A stretch of DNA of 64,000 nt from Candidatus Crickella merdequi (GTDB taxonomy: Bacteria > Bacillota > Clostridia > Peptostreptococcales > Anaerovoracaceae), in contig JAGHUT010000064.1 in the NCBI GenBank assembly GCA_018064645.1, positions 3,965 through 67,964 on the forward strand, in the 5' to 3' direction. The notes beneath the pieces are model-generated. The model ran no database searches, was not told where the DNA came from, and saw only the letters and a program-made list of their open reading frames with translations. Numbering within the stretch: the first letter of the stretch is position 1; every line of letters starts with the position of its first letter. The translations under genes were made by a program, and so were the position numbers. Below are positions 1-8,699 of this stretch, piece by piece.

Positions 1-435
1 AATCTTCTGCAAGAAAAGATATCTATAGAAGGAAAAACCGCAGATGAATTATCAACGGGAAGGCTTTCAATTTGGAAAGAGTTTGCAAGCCATATAAAGC
101 CTTTTGGTGTTGAGGGAGAAACGCACTATTATGTAGGAGAGCGAACAACCGTATATACAACAGCACACAATACAATTCTTGATTATATGGTTACAAAAGG
201 ATTGTTTGCAGGCATATGCATCGCATTATTCTATCTAGTCTCATTTGTTAAAAGTGTACAACTTGCAATACAAAATAGAGGAGATGAATATCATCTTTTT
301 GCAACAGGAATTAATATGGCTTTTTGCGTCACTGCGATGCTAGCATCGCTTAACTCGATGTTTGCGTACCCAATTGCGCTTTTTTACTATCTTGTACAAG
401 GAGAAGTACTGTTTTCAAGAAGGATAAATGAATAG
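1..435 (+). CDS. O-antigen polymerase/ligase-like membrane protein (Wzy_C-type), C-terminal part; 5' end lies outside the window
   Basis: Frame +1 is open from nt 1; the ORF track lists only the part from Met 187. The translation ...GRLSIWKEFASHIKPFGVEG...TAHNTILDYMVTKGLFAG... resembles the Wzy_C loop motif and is followed by hydrophobic helices. It heads a glycan locus. Confidence 0.6.
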   Translation, partial: NLLQEKISIEGKTADELSTGRLSIWKEFASHIKPFGVEGETHYYVGERTTVYTTAHNTILDYMVTKGLFAGICIALFYLVSFVKSVQLAIQNRGDEYHLFATGINMAFCVTAMLASLNSMFAYPIALFYYLVQGEVLFSRRINE

Positions 436-444
436 GGGAACGAT

Positions 445-1359
445 ATGTTATTATCTAAAGAATTATCGAAGATTAATATTGAATGTAAAACCATTTCGGA
501 ACAAGAGTTTAAATCACTTGGACTTGCAGGCTACAATGACGGCGAAGGAGTATGCACCTTCCTTGCGGCAAGCAAGTATGCGGCCGGCCTTTCAAAAGGA
601 ATCACAATGATTCTTACAACGGAGGCAGTATACGATGAGCTTTGCGCAGCAAATGCACTGACAGATGAATATGGAATCTGCATCGTAGACAACCCGAGAA
701 TCGCATACTTCAAGCTTCACAATGCGCTTTGCGAGAGAGACGAGTACAGAAGAGAGCAGTTTGCAACAAAGATTGCCGACTCTGCGAAGATTCATCCAAT
801 GTGCTGCATCGCAGAGAATAATGTAATCATTGGCGAAAACGTTGTTATTGAAGAATTCGTTTCGATCAAGGAGAACACAGTCATAGGCGATAATTCAGTT
901 ATTCGCTCAGGAAGTGTTATAGGCGGAACCGGTTTCGAGATAAAAAACAGCGACGGCGGCCTTTGGACAGTAACTCATATCGGGGGAGTTATTATCGGCA
1001 GGAATGTAGAGATACAGCAGTGCACAACTATAGATAAAGCTATTTATCCATGGGACAATACAATCCTTGGCGATTACGACAAGATTAACAGCCAGGTTCA
1101 GATTGCCCACGGCGTAAAGATAGATACCAATACTGAGGTCGTTGCTAACGCAGGCATTCAGGGAAGAGTTAGAATCGGAAAGAATGTATGGATTGGACCT
1201 AACAGTGCAATCAGAAACGGAATCAGCATAGGTGATAATGCGAGAGTTAATGTGGGTGCGGTGGTAACACTCGACGTAGCAGACGGCTTGGCGGTAAGCG
1301 GAAACTTCGCAAGACCTCATGCTGCGATGATAGAAGAAATGAGAGCATATAAGGATTAA
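445..1359 (+). CDS. LpxD-like hexapeptide-repeat (left-handed beta-helix) sugar N-acyl/acetyltransferase
   Basis: 304 aa. The C-terminal two thirds are imperfect hexapeptide repeats (IGENVVIEEFVSI, IGDNSVIRSGSVIGG, IGRNVEIQQ, IGKNVWIGPNSAI, IGDNARVNVGAVV). It lies next to WbpB/WbpE-type genes. Confidence 0.75.
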   Translation: MLLSKELSKINIECKTISEQEFKSLGLAGYNDGEGVCTFLAASKYAAGLSKGITMILTTEAVYDELCAANALTDEYGICIVDNPRIAYFKLHNALCERDEYRREQFATKIADSAKIHPMCCIAENNVIIGENVVIEEFVSIKENTVIGDNSVIRSGSVIGGTGFEIKNSDGGLWTVTHIGGVIIGRNVEIQQCTTIDKAIYPWDNTILGDYDKINSQVQIAHGVKIDTNTEVVANAGIQGRVRIGKNVWIGPNSAIRNGISIGDNARVNVGAVVTLDVADGLAVSGNFARPHAAMIEEMRAYKD

Positions 1360-1391
1360 ATAACGCAAAAGAAAGAAAAGGAGATTCACAA

Positions 1392-2465
1392 ATGAAATAT
1401 GCACTTATAGGTTGTGGAAGAATTTCAACTAATCACATGAAGGCAGCTGTAAACAACGGTCTTGAGATTGTTGCAGTTTGTGACATTCTTCCTGAGAAGA
1501 TGGAAGCAATCCTTGAGAAGCACGGGCTTGCAGATGATGCTTCAATCAAAAGATATACTTGTTATAAAGAAATGATTGAGACCGAGAAGCCTGAACTGGT
1601 AAGTATTGCTACAGAGAGCGGAAAACATGCAGAGATTGCACTCTATTGCATCGAGAAGGGTGTTCACTGCATTATCGAGAAGCCAATGGCAATGTCAATC
1701 GACGATGCTAACAAGATTATCGACCTTGCAGAGGAGAAGAATGTTAAGGTTTCTGCCTGCCACCAGAACAGATTCAATGTAGCTATTCAGGAGCTTCGTA
1801 AGGCTGTTGAGGCAGATAGATTCGGAAGAATTTCACACGGCTCAATTCACGTAAGATGGAACAGAAACAAGGGCTACTATGATCAGGCTCCTTGGAGAGG
1901 AACTTGGGCAGAGGATGGCGGATGCCTCATGAACCAGTGCATCCACGGAATCGACCTTCTTAGATGGATGATGGGAGATGAGGTTGAAGAGGTTTACGGA
2001 ACAACTCGTCAGCAGTTCCACGACTATCTCGAGGCAGAGGATGTCGGCGTTGCAGTAGTTAAGTTCAAGAACGGAGCTATTGGAACAATCGAGGGAACAA
2101 CAAACGTATATCCAAAGAATCTTGAGGAGACACTTTACATCTTCGGAGAGAACGGAACAGTAAAGATTGGCGGAACATCAACAAACAACATCGATGTATG
2201 GGATTTTGCTGATGAGACAGAGGCTGATCAGGCTAACAAAAATCTGCAGGAGCAGACAAGCAACGTTTACGGAAATGGACACACAAGCCTTTTCGCAGAT
2301 GTTATGGATGCAATCAAAAATGATAGAAAGCCATATGTAGAAACGGTAGCTGGAAGAAATGCTCTAGAGATGATTCTTGCTATCTACAAGAGCCAGAGAG
2401 ACGGCGTGCCAACAAAGCTGCCTCTGACAGAGTTCGCAAGCACCGATATGGCTAACACGTTTTAA
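1392..2465 (+). CDS. Gfo/Idh/MocA-family NAD-dependent oxidoreductase (WbpB-like UDP-sugar 3-dehydrogenase by context)
   Basis: 357 aa with an N-terminal Rossmann segment MKYALIGCGRISTNH and the EKPMA motif. Good RBS (aaaggag) upstream. Sugar-pathway neighbours. Confidence 0.75.
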   Translation: MKYALIGCGRISTNHMKAAVNNGLEIVAVCDILPEKMEAILEKHGLADDASIKRYTCYKEMIETEKPELVSIATESGKHAEIALYCIEKGVHCIIEKPMAMSIDDANKIIDLAEEKNVKVSACHQNRFNVAIQELRKAVEADRFGRISHGSIHVRWNRNKGYYDQAPWRGTWAEDGGCLMNQCIHGIDLLRWMMGDEVEEVYGTTRQQFHDYLEAEDVGVAVVKFKNGAIGTIEGTTNVYPKNLEETLYIFGENGTVKIGGTSTNNIDVWDFADETEADQANKNLQEQTSNVYGNGHTSLFADVMDAIKNDRKPYVETVAGRNALEMILAIYKSQRDGVPTKLPLTEFASTDMANTF

Positions 2466-2501
2466 TATCAAAAGAATAAAAAAGTTGTTTAGGAGAATGA
2501 T

Positions 2502-3464
2502 TTGAGACTAATTAAACGTTTTATAAAAATGATTCTACAGTGGTGTAGTATATGCAAAGTAAACATAAGAAACGCTTATGTCAGGACTGTTTATAGAGGT
2601 GTGACGAATGAGTTGCGTTTAAATAATATAGAACCCTATGATTATAAAGGCGTTTATATCACATTAAAAAATACTCCGCCATACAATTATAAAAAAGTGC
2701 AGAAGAGTTTTTTAAGGGATGAAGACGGAATAAGGCGTTACGTTTATCCTAACAAAAATGGAGAAGAGACACTACAGTATAATTGTGTTTTGATTGCGCA
2801 ACAGGGGCTGTCTGAGTACGGGTATTATTTAAACACAAAAAAGAAAGAACATTTGGAACAAGTATTCCTAACGGCAGACTGGCTTATAAACAGACAAGAA
2901 GATAATGGTGCATGGATTGAACATTTTGATTTCTACCTTCCTAATGTTTCCGAATGGCAGGAAGCGCCTTGGGTGAGCGCGATGGGTCAAGGTCAAGCAA
3001 TTTCGCTTATGTGCAGGTGCTATCTTCTTACAGGAGATGATAAATATTTAAATAGTGCTAAACTTGCTGTTAATCCGTTTGAGATATCTAGCAAAAGTCT
3101 CGGAGTTGTGTCATATTATGGAGATAAACCTATATATGAAGAGTTTCCATCCAAGACACCAAGTTTCGTTCTAAATGGATTCGCATATAGTCTATTCGGA
3201 TTGTATGACTTATTTTGCATAACAAAAGACAAGAGAGTTAAAAGACTATTTGATGAAGGTATTGACACCCTTAAGACAATCTTGCCACTGTACGATGATT
3301 CAGGGTTATCGTATTATGATTTGGGCTATATTACAGCCCCATTCAGAGTACCGACAACAAATCCTAAATATCATTTAATTCACATAAGACTGTTATATGG
3401 ATTACATAGCATTACTGGGGAAGAAATTTTTGAGTTTTATGCAAAAAAATGGGAGCGTCAATGA
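2502..3464 (+). CDS. D-glucuronyl C5-epimerase C-terminal-domain-like protein
   Basis: 320 aa. PWVSAMGQGQAISL and NGFAYSLFGLYDL segments resemble the glucuronyl C5-epimerase family (recalled from memory). TTG start at 2502, with an alternative ATG at 2529. The DNA is clearly more AT-rich than the flanking genes. Confidence 0.55.
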   Translation: MRLIKRFIKMILQWCSICKVNIRNAYVRTVYRGVTNELRLNNIEPYDYKGVYITLKNTPPYNYKKVQKSFLRDEDGIRRYVYPNKNGEETLQYNCVLIAQQGLSEYGYYLNTKKKEHLEQVFLTADWLINRQEDNGAWIEHFDFYLPNVSEWQEAPWVSAMGQGQAISLMCRCYLLTGDDKYLNSAKLAVNPFEISSKSLGVVSYYGDKPIYEEFPSKTPSFVLNGFAYSLFGLYDLFCITKDKRVKRLFDEGIDTLKTILPLYDDSGLSYYDLGYITAPFRVPTTNPKYHLIHIRLLYGLHSITGEEIFEFYAKKWERQ

Positions 3465-4891
3465 TTAGTACAAAAGGAATATTAAAAAGAATAGCAGGAT
3501 TTTCGGTTGCAACGTGGGTAAACTGTGTAATTTCGTTTGTTGCACTTCCAATTGTAACAAAATTCTTTAGCCCTATGGAGCTAGGCAAGGTAAATCTGTT
3601 CGTTTCATATGCAGATATTCTTATTCCTTTTGTATATCTGGGCTTTGATCAAGCATTTGCGAGATATTACAATGAACCTGTAAACAAGAATGACTCAAAT
3701 TCTATGGGAAGAATTTGTATTTCTATCTCCGGAATGGCACTTGTGTGTGTCTCAACAATACTGTTTATATTCTATGGTCAAATTTCTACGAGGATTATTG
3801 GTGAACGAAGGGTATTCATTGTAATCTGCATGATCGGTTACTTATTTGCTACATATGTGATGCGTTATATGGAATTTAACGCAAGAATGGCAAATGATGT
3901 AAAAAAATATGGAATACAAGCAGTGCTTGTAACAGTTGTTGTTAAGTTATCTTTTGTCGGTGTTGTACTTGTTAAACCGGTGGCCGAATATGCAATTGCC
4001 TTTAGATCATTCTGCTATTTACTCGTTGCAATGTTTTTTCTAGTTGATTTTTATAAGAAAAAAACAGAAGTTAAATGTGATTGGTCAAAAGATGGAATAG
4101 TAGAATTAACAAAGTATGCAATACCAATTTTCCCTACAGTTTTATTATTAATGTTTGATTCTGCAGTCTCGCAGCTGATGCTATCTAGATATATGGACTA
4201 TTCAGATATAGGTATATATTCAAATGCATTGAGTATCGCCGCAATAATCATGATTGTTCAAAGTGGAATCAACATCTTTTGGGCACCTTTTGTGTTCGAG
4301 TCATATAAAGATGGACAGGCAAGACTACAAAAGGCACAACAACTTGTTTCCTGTGTTCTAATTGGCTTTGGCTTTGCCATTATATTATGCCAGAATCCTA
4401 TATATTGGATTTTAGTAAACAAACAGTATTGGGGTAGTAAAAAAATATTTGCATTATTGATAATATCCCCAATTTGTAAAACAATATCAGAAACATTAGG
4501 TATTGGAATTGAAATATCGAAGAAAACATACCTGAAATTCCCAGTGTATTTAATAAATATTGTTACAAATGTTTTCTTCTGCATAGTGTTGATACCACGT
4601 TTTGGAACTATTGGAGCGGCGTTCTCTACTGTTATTGCATCACTTGTTATGCTAACAACCAAGGCGGCAATAGGCGAAAGATTTTATAAGTGTTGTGACA
4701 ATTACTACAAACTGTTTGCTGGGCTATCGTTATTGATTGCAGCAGCTGTAATCAATGCCTTTGTTGAAGGTCTATTTAAATTTGCACTTGTTCTGTTCGC
4801 GATGGCTCTTTGTATGGTAGTATATAGACAAGAAATAAAAACAATGATGAATTTCATCTGGGGATTTATAAAAAATAGAAAACGAGGTTAA
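3449..4891 (+). CDS. Wzx-type polysaccharide flippase (MOP superfamily)
   Basis: 480 aa and strongly hydrophobic, with about 12-14 predicted helices. Glycan-locus context. The alternative start ATG 3461 forms an ATGA overlap with the upstream stop and may be the true start. Confidence 0.75.
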   Translation: MGASMISTKGILKRIAGFSVATWVNCVISFVALPIVTKFFSPMELGKVNLFVSYADILIPFVYLGFDQAFARYYNEPVNKNDSNSMGRICISISGMALVCVSTILFIFYGQISTRIIGERRVFIVICMIGYLFATYVMRYMEFNARMANDVKKYGIQAVLVTVVVKLSFVGVVLVKPVAEYAIAFRSFCYLLVAMFFLVDFYKKKTEVKCDWSKDGIVELTKYAIPIFPTVLLLMFDSAVSQLMLSRYMDYSDIGIYSNALSIAAIIMIVQSGINIFWAPFVFESYKDGQARLQKAQQLVSCVLIGFGFAIILCQNPIYWILVNKQYWGSKKIFALLIISPICKTISETLGIGIEISKKTYLKFPVYLINIVTNVFFCIVLIPRFGTIGAAFSTVIASLVMLTTKAAIGERFYKCCDNYYKLFAGLSLLIAAAVINAFVEGLFKFALVLFAMALCMVVYRQEIKTMMNFIWGFIKNRKRG

Positions 4892-4894
4892 CAA

Positions 4895-6037
4895 ATGCAG
4901 TTTAGAGATTTAAAGAAACAGTATCAGGTTCTCAAAAGTGACATCGATGCAGCTATGGTCGAGGTTGCTGGAAGCAGCCAGTACATCGGTGGTCCTTGGG
5001 TAAAAGCTCTTGAGCAGGAGCTCGCAGAGTATGTTGGAGTTAAGCACTGTGTAAGCTGCGCAAACGGAACAGATGCTCTTTCCCTTGCAGTTATGGCATG
5101 GGGAATCGGAGAAGGAGATGCAGTATTCGTTCCTGATTTCACCTTCTTCTCATCAGGCGAAATCGTATCAGCTGTTGGCGCAACACCAGTATTCGTAGAT
5201 GTAGATGAGAACACTTATAACATCTGTGCAGAGTCTCTTGAGAAGGCGATTCTCAAGGTTAAAGAGGAAGGAAAGCTTACACCAAAGGTTGTAGTAGCAG
5301 TAGACCTCTTTGGACTTCCTGCAGATTTCACAAAGGTTTGCGAAGTAGCAAAGAAGTATGGCATTCTCGTTCTTGAGGATGGAGCTCAGGGCTTCGGTGG
5401 AAAAATCGGCGAGCAGGTTGCTTGCAGTTTCGGTGATATTGCTACAACATCATTCTTCCCTGCAAAACCGCTTGGATGCTACGGAGATGGCGGAGCTGTT
5501 TTTACAAATGATGACGAGGTAAAAGCTCTTCTCGAGTCATTCAAGGTTCACGGCAAGGGTGCAATGAAGTATGACAATGTAAGAATCGGAATGAACTCAA
5601 GGCTTGATACAATTCAGGCAGCAATTCTTCAGGTTAAGCTGAAGGCATTCAAAGACTATGAGGTTGCTGATGTTAACAAGGCAGCAGCAATGTATGATAA
5701 GGCGCTTGCAGCGCTTGCTGAGGCAGGAAAGCTTAAGCTTCCGGTAGTTCCTGAAGGATTCCTTTCAAGCTGGGCGCAGTACACAATCCAGGTTGCAGAG
5801 AGAGAGACAAGAGATGCACTCCAGGCAGAGCTTAAAGCAAAGGGAATTCCAAGCATGGTTTACTATCCAAAGCCAATGCACAAGCAGGAGGCTTTCGCAG
5901 GATGCACACAGACAGATGCAGACTTCCCTGTTACAATGAAGCTGTGTGATACAGTGTTATCACTCCCAATGCATCCATACCTCACACAGGAAGAGGTAGA
6001 CGAGGTTGCAGCAGCACTTAAAGCTTTTCTCAAATAA
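4895..6037 (+). CDS. DegT/DnrJ/EryC1/StrS-family PLP-dependent sugar aminotransferase (WbpE-like)
   Basis: 380 aa. Carries the GTDALSLAV and TTSFFPAKPLGCYGDGGAV (PLP-Lys region) motifs typical of the family. Confidence 0.85.
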   Translation: MQFRDLKKQYQVLKSDIDAAMVEVAGSSQYIGGPWVKALEQELAEYVGVKHCVSCANGTDALSLAVMAWGIGEGDAVFVPDFTFFSSGEIVSAVGATPVFVDVDENTYNICAESLEKAILKVKEEGKLTPKVVVAVDLFGLPADFTKVCEVAKKYGILVLEDGAQGFGGKIGEQVACSFGDIATTSFFPAKPLGCYGDGGAVFTNDDEVKALLESFKVHGKGAMKYDNVRIGMNSRLDTIQAAILQVKLKAFKDYEVADVNKAAAMYDKALAALAEAGKLKLPVVPEGFLSSWAQYTIQVAERETRDALQAELKAKGIPSMVYYPKPMHKQEAFAGCTQTDADFPVTMKLCDTVLSLPMHPYLTQEEVDEVAAALKAFLK

Positions 6038-6057
6038 AGATTGGAGTATAGAAGAAA

Positions 6058-7392
6058 ATGATAAAGTTTAATGAGGTTTACAACGGCTTAATCAATGGAA
6101 CTGAGAAGCTTGCGCTTGTTGGTCTTGGATATGTTGGTATGCCAATCGCAGTTGAATTTGCAAAGCACATCAATGTAATTGGTTTTGACCTCAATGCAAA
6201 GAAGATTGAGCAGTACAAGAATGGTTTCGATCCAACTAATGAGGTTGGAGCAGAGGGCATCAAGAACACAAGTGTAGAATTCACATCAGATGAGACTAAG
6301 CTTGCAGAGGCAAAGTTCATTGTTGTCGCAGTTCCTACACCGGTTAAAGAAGACAACAGCCCTGATCTTGGTCCTGTAGAAGGAGCATCCGAAATCATCG
6401 GAAGAAACATCACTCCAGGCACTATTGTCGTATACGAGTCAACAGTATATCCAGGCGTAACTGAGGATATCTGTGTTCCAATCATCGAGAAAGTTTCCGG
6501 CCTCAAGTGCGGAGTTGATTTCAAGATTGGATATTCACCAGAGAGAATCAATCCTGGTGATAGAGTTCATACACTGACTAACATCCAGAAGGTTGTATCT
6601 GGTATGGATGAGGAATCGGCAAGAGAGATCAAGAAGGTATATGATATCGTAATCAAGGCAGGTACTTTCCCTGTATCAACAATCAAGACTGCAGAGGCTG
6701 TTAAGGTTATTGAGAACTCACAGAGAGATATCAATATTGCTTTTATGAACGAAATTGCTATGATCTGCGATAAGATGGGCATCGACACAATCGAGGTTCT
6801 TGAAGGAATGAACACTAAGTGGAACGCACTTGGTTTCAAGCCGGGCCTTGTAGGCGGTCACTGCATCGGTGTTGATCCTTACTATCTGACTAATGCAGCT
6901 GAGAAGCTTGGATATCACAGCCAGATTATTCTTAATGGTCGTAAGGTTAATGACAGCATGGGTGCATATGTTGCAGACGCGGCAATTAAGCAGATGATTG
7001 AGGCCGGAATGGCGCCTAAGAAGGCTAAGGTAGTTATTCTTGGAATAACCTTCAAGGAGAACTGCCCAGACACAAGAAACAGCAAGGTTAACGACATCAT
7101 CGAAAGACTTAAGGAGTTCGATATCGATCCTGTTGTAACTGATTCATGGGCTGAGCCTGCAGTTGCTAAGCATGAGTATGGCGTGGATCTCGTACCGTTT
7201 GAAGAGATTAAGAACGCTGACTGTGTAATAGTTGCTGTTGGTCATGATGAGTACAGATCAATGTCAATGATGAAGCTCAAGGCACTCTTCAAGGCAGACC
7301 TTCCAGATGATGAGAAGGTTCTCCTCGATGTAAAGAGTATCTATAGAATGGATGAACTAAAGGCTTCTGGAATGAGATTCTGGAGATTATAG
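6058..7392 (+). CDS. Nucleotide-sugar 6-dehydrogenase (TviB/WbpA/WbpO-like UDP-N-acetylhexosamine dehydrogenase)
   Basis: 444 aa. Has an N-terminal Rossmann segment LVGLGYVGMPIA and the catalytic-Cys segment GGHCIGVDPYYL of the UDP-glucose/GDP-mannose dehydrogenase family. Confidence 0.85.
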   Translation: MIKFNEVYNGLINGTEKLALVGLGYVGMPIAVEFAKHINVIGFDLNAKKIEQYKNGFDPTNEVGAEGIKNTSVEFTSDETKLAEAKFIVVAVPTPVKEDNSPDLGPVEGASEIIGRNITPGTIVVYESTVYPGVTEDICVPIIEKVSGLKCGVDFKIGYSPERINPGDRVHTLTNIQKVVSGMDEESAREIKKVYDIVIKAGTFPVSTIKTAEAVKVIENSQRDINIAFMNEIAMICDKMGIDTIEVLEGMNTKWNALGFKPGLVGGHCIGVDPYYLTNAAEKLGYHSQIILNGRKVNDSMGAYVADAAIKQMIEAGMAPKKAKVVILGITFKENCPDTRNSKVNDIIERLKEFDIDPVVTDSWAEPAVAKHEYGVDLVPFEEIKNADCVIVAVGHDEYRSMSMMKLKALFKADLPDDEKVLLDVKSIYRMDELKASGMRFWRL

Positions 7393-7414
7393 CGAGAATT
7401 ATTTAAGGGAAGAA

Positions 7415-8530
7415 ATGAGCAACACTAGAAGATTATCAAGAATATTTGCCCCGCTTATGCTGGCAATGCTTATGGTGCTTGCCTTTGCAGCGGTGACATA
7501 TGCGGATGATGAGATAACCATCGGAGAAGAGTCTGTTGATGAAAGCTCCTTTGTAACTGAAGAGGCAAAGAACGGAATTCTTCTTGAGGACGGTAATTAC
7601 TACTATTACCTGGATGGTGAAATCCAGAAGGCAATCAAATTCGAATATGACGGAAAAACTTATTTTGCAAAAGCGGATGGCACGCTTGCAAGAAATGAGA
7701 AGCTGAAGATTGACGGTGAATACTATTTTGCGGAAGAGGATTGTTCTCTTGCAATAAACAAAGTGTTTACAAATGAAAAAGGCACGAAATACTATGCAGA
7801 TGAACAAGGCGTTGTTGTTTACGAAGCTGCTTTGATTGATGACAATGGCGTTAATCGTGTAACGAACGATTATGGTCAAATTAAAGATAAGCAGTTTATT
7901 GTATCAAACGGAAAAACATACTATGTAGATAACGATGGACATTATCTAGAGGGAATATTTACGTATAGTAATGGACACAAGTATTATGCTGATCCAGAAG
8001 GCGTAGTTGCGATAGTTGCACAGTGGATTACATCAAATGGGAAAAATTATTTTGTTCAAAATGGGGGCATAATAGCGACCTCGGCGAGAATTTATTTTGG
8101 GGGTCAATACTCTTGGGTAGACTCGACTGGTGCATTTGAAACAAATACTTTTGTGTATGTAAATCTAGCGGAACAAATACTATACTTCTATAAAAGCGGA
8201 ATCAGAGAATTGTGTACACGCATTATTTCTGGTAAATTATCAACACCGACACCAACGGGAGTATTTAAAGTAACTGGTAAAGCAAGAAATATTAACCTTA
8301 CAGGTTCATCAGGAAGCGACAGATGGAACAACCATGTTGATTATTGGATTGCGTTTGTAGGCAGCTCTATAGGATTTCATGACGCAAGCTGGAGGAGTTC
8401 CTCAGAATTTAACAACTCATCGCGTTATAAATATAATGGATCGCACGGCTGCGTAAACATGAGATATGCAGATGTAAAAAAACTATATGATAATATAACT
8501 GTTGGAACAAGAGTAGTTGTGGCTAAGTAG
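7415..8530 (+). CDS. Secreted L,D-transpeptidase (YkuD domain) with N-terminal CW_binding_1-type (choline/glucan-binding-like) repeats
   Basis: Signal peptide (LMLAMLMVLAFAAVTYA). Repeated aromatic ~20-aa units (GNYYYYLDGE, GKTYFAKADG, GEYYFAEED, GTKYYADEQG, GKTYYVDNDG, GHKYYADPEG). C-terminal YkuD catalytic motif GSHGCVNM. Confidence 0.85.
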   Translation: MSNTRRLSRIFAPLMLAMLMVLAFAAVTYADDEITIGEESVDESSFVTEEAKNGILLEDGNYYYYLDGEIQKAIKFEYDGKTYFAKADGTLARNEKLKIDGEYYFAEEDCSLAINKVFTNEKGTKYYADEQGVVVYEAALIDDNGVNRVTNDYGQIKDKQFIVSNGKTYYVDNDGHYLEGIFTYSNGHKYYADPEGVVAIVAQWITSNGKNYFVQNGGIIATSARIYFGGQYSWVDSTGAFETNTFVYVNLAEQILYFYKSGIRELCTRIISGKLSTPTPTGVFKVTGKARNINLTGSSGSDRWNNHVDYWIAFVGSSIGFHDASWRSSSEFNNSSRYKYNGSHGCVNMRYADVKKLYDNITVGTRVVVAK

Positions 8531-8564
8531 GCACAGAAACACAAGACATAGTAGATAGAAAAAA

Positions 8565-8602
8565 AGAGAGATGTGACACACGAGGTCACATCTCTCTTTT
8601 TG
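8565..8602 (+). terminator. Rho-independent terminator after the L,D-transpeptidase gene
   Basis: Stem agagagatgtgac / gtcacatctctct followed by a T-run. Confidence 0.8.
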
Positions 8603-8699
8603 TGAATATTTGTGATAGAAAATATTGTGTTGTGACGCTTAAAATGTTAGAATGATGTCAATCAATAAGATCAATAATCCGTAGAAGAAAGGTATATCA

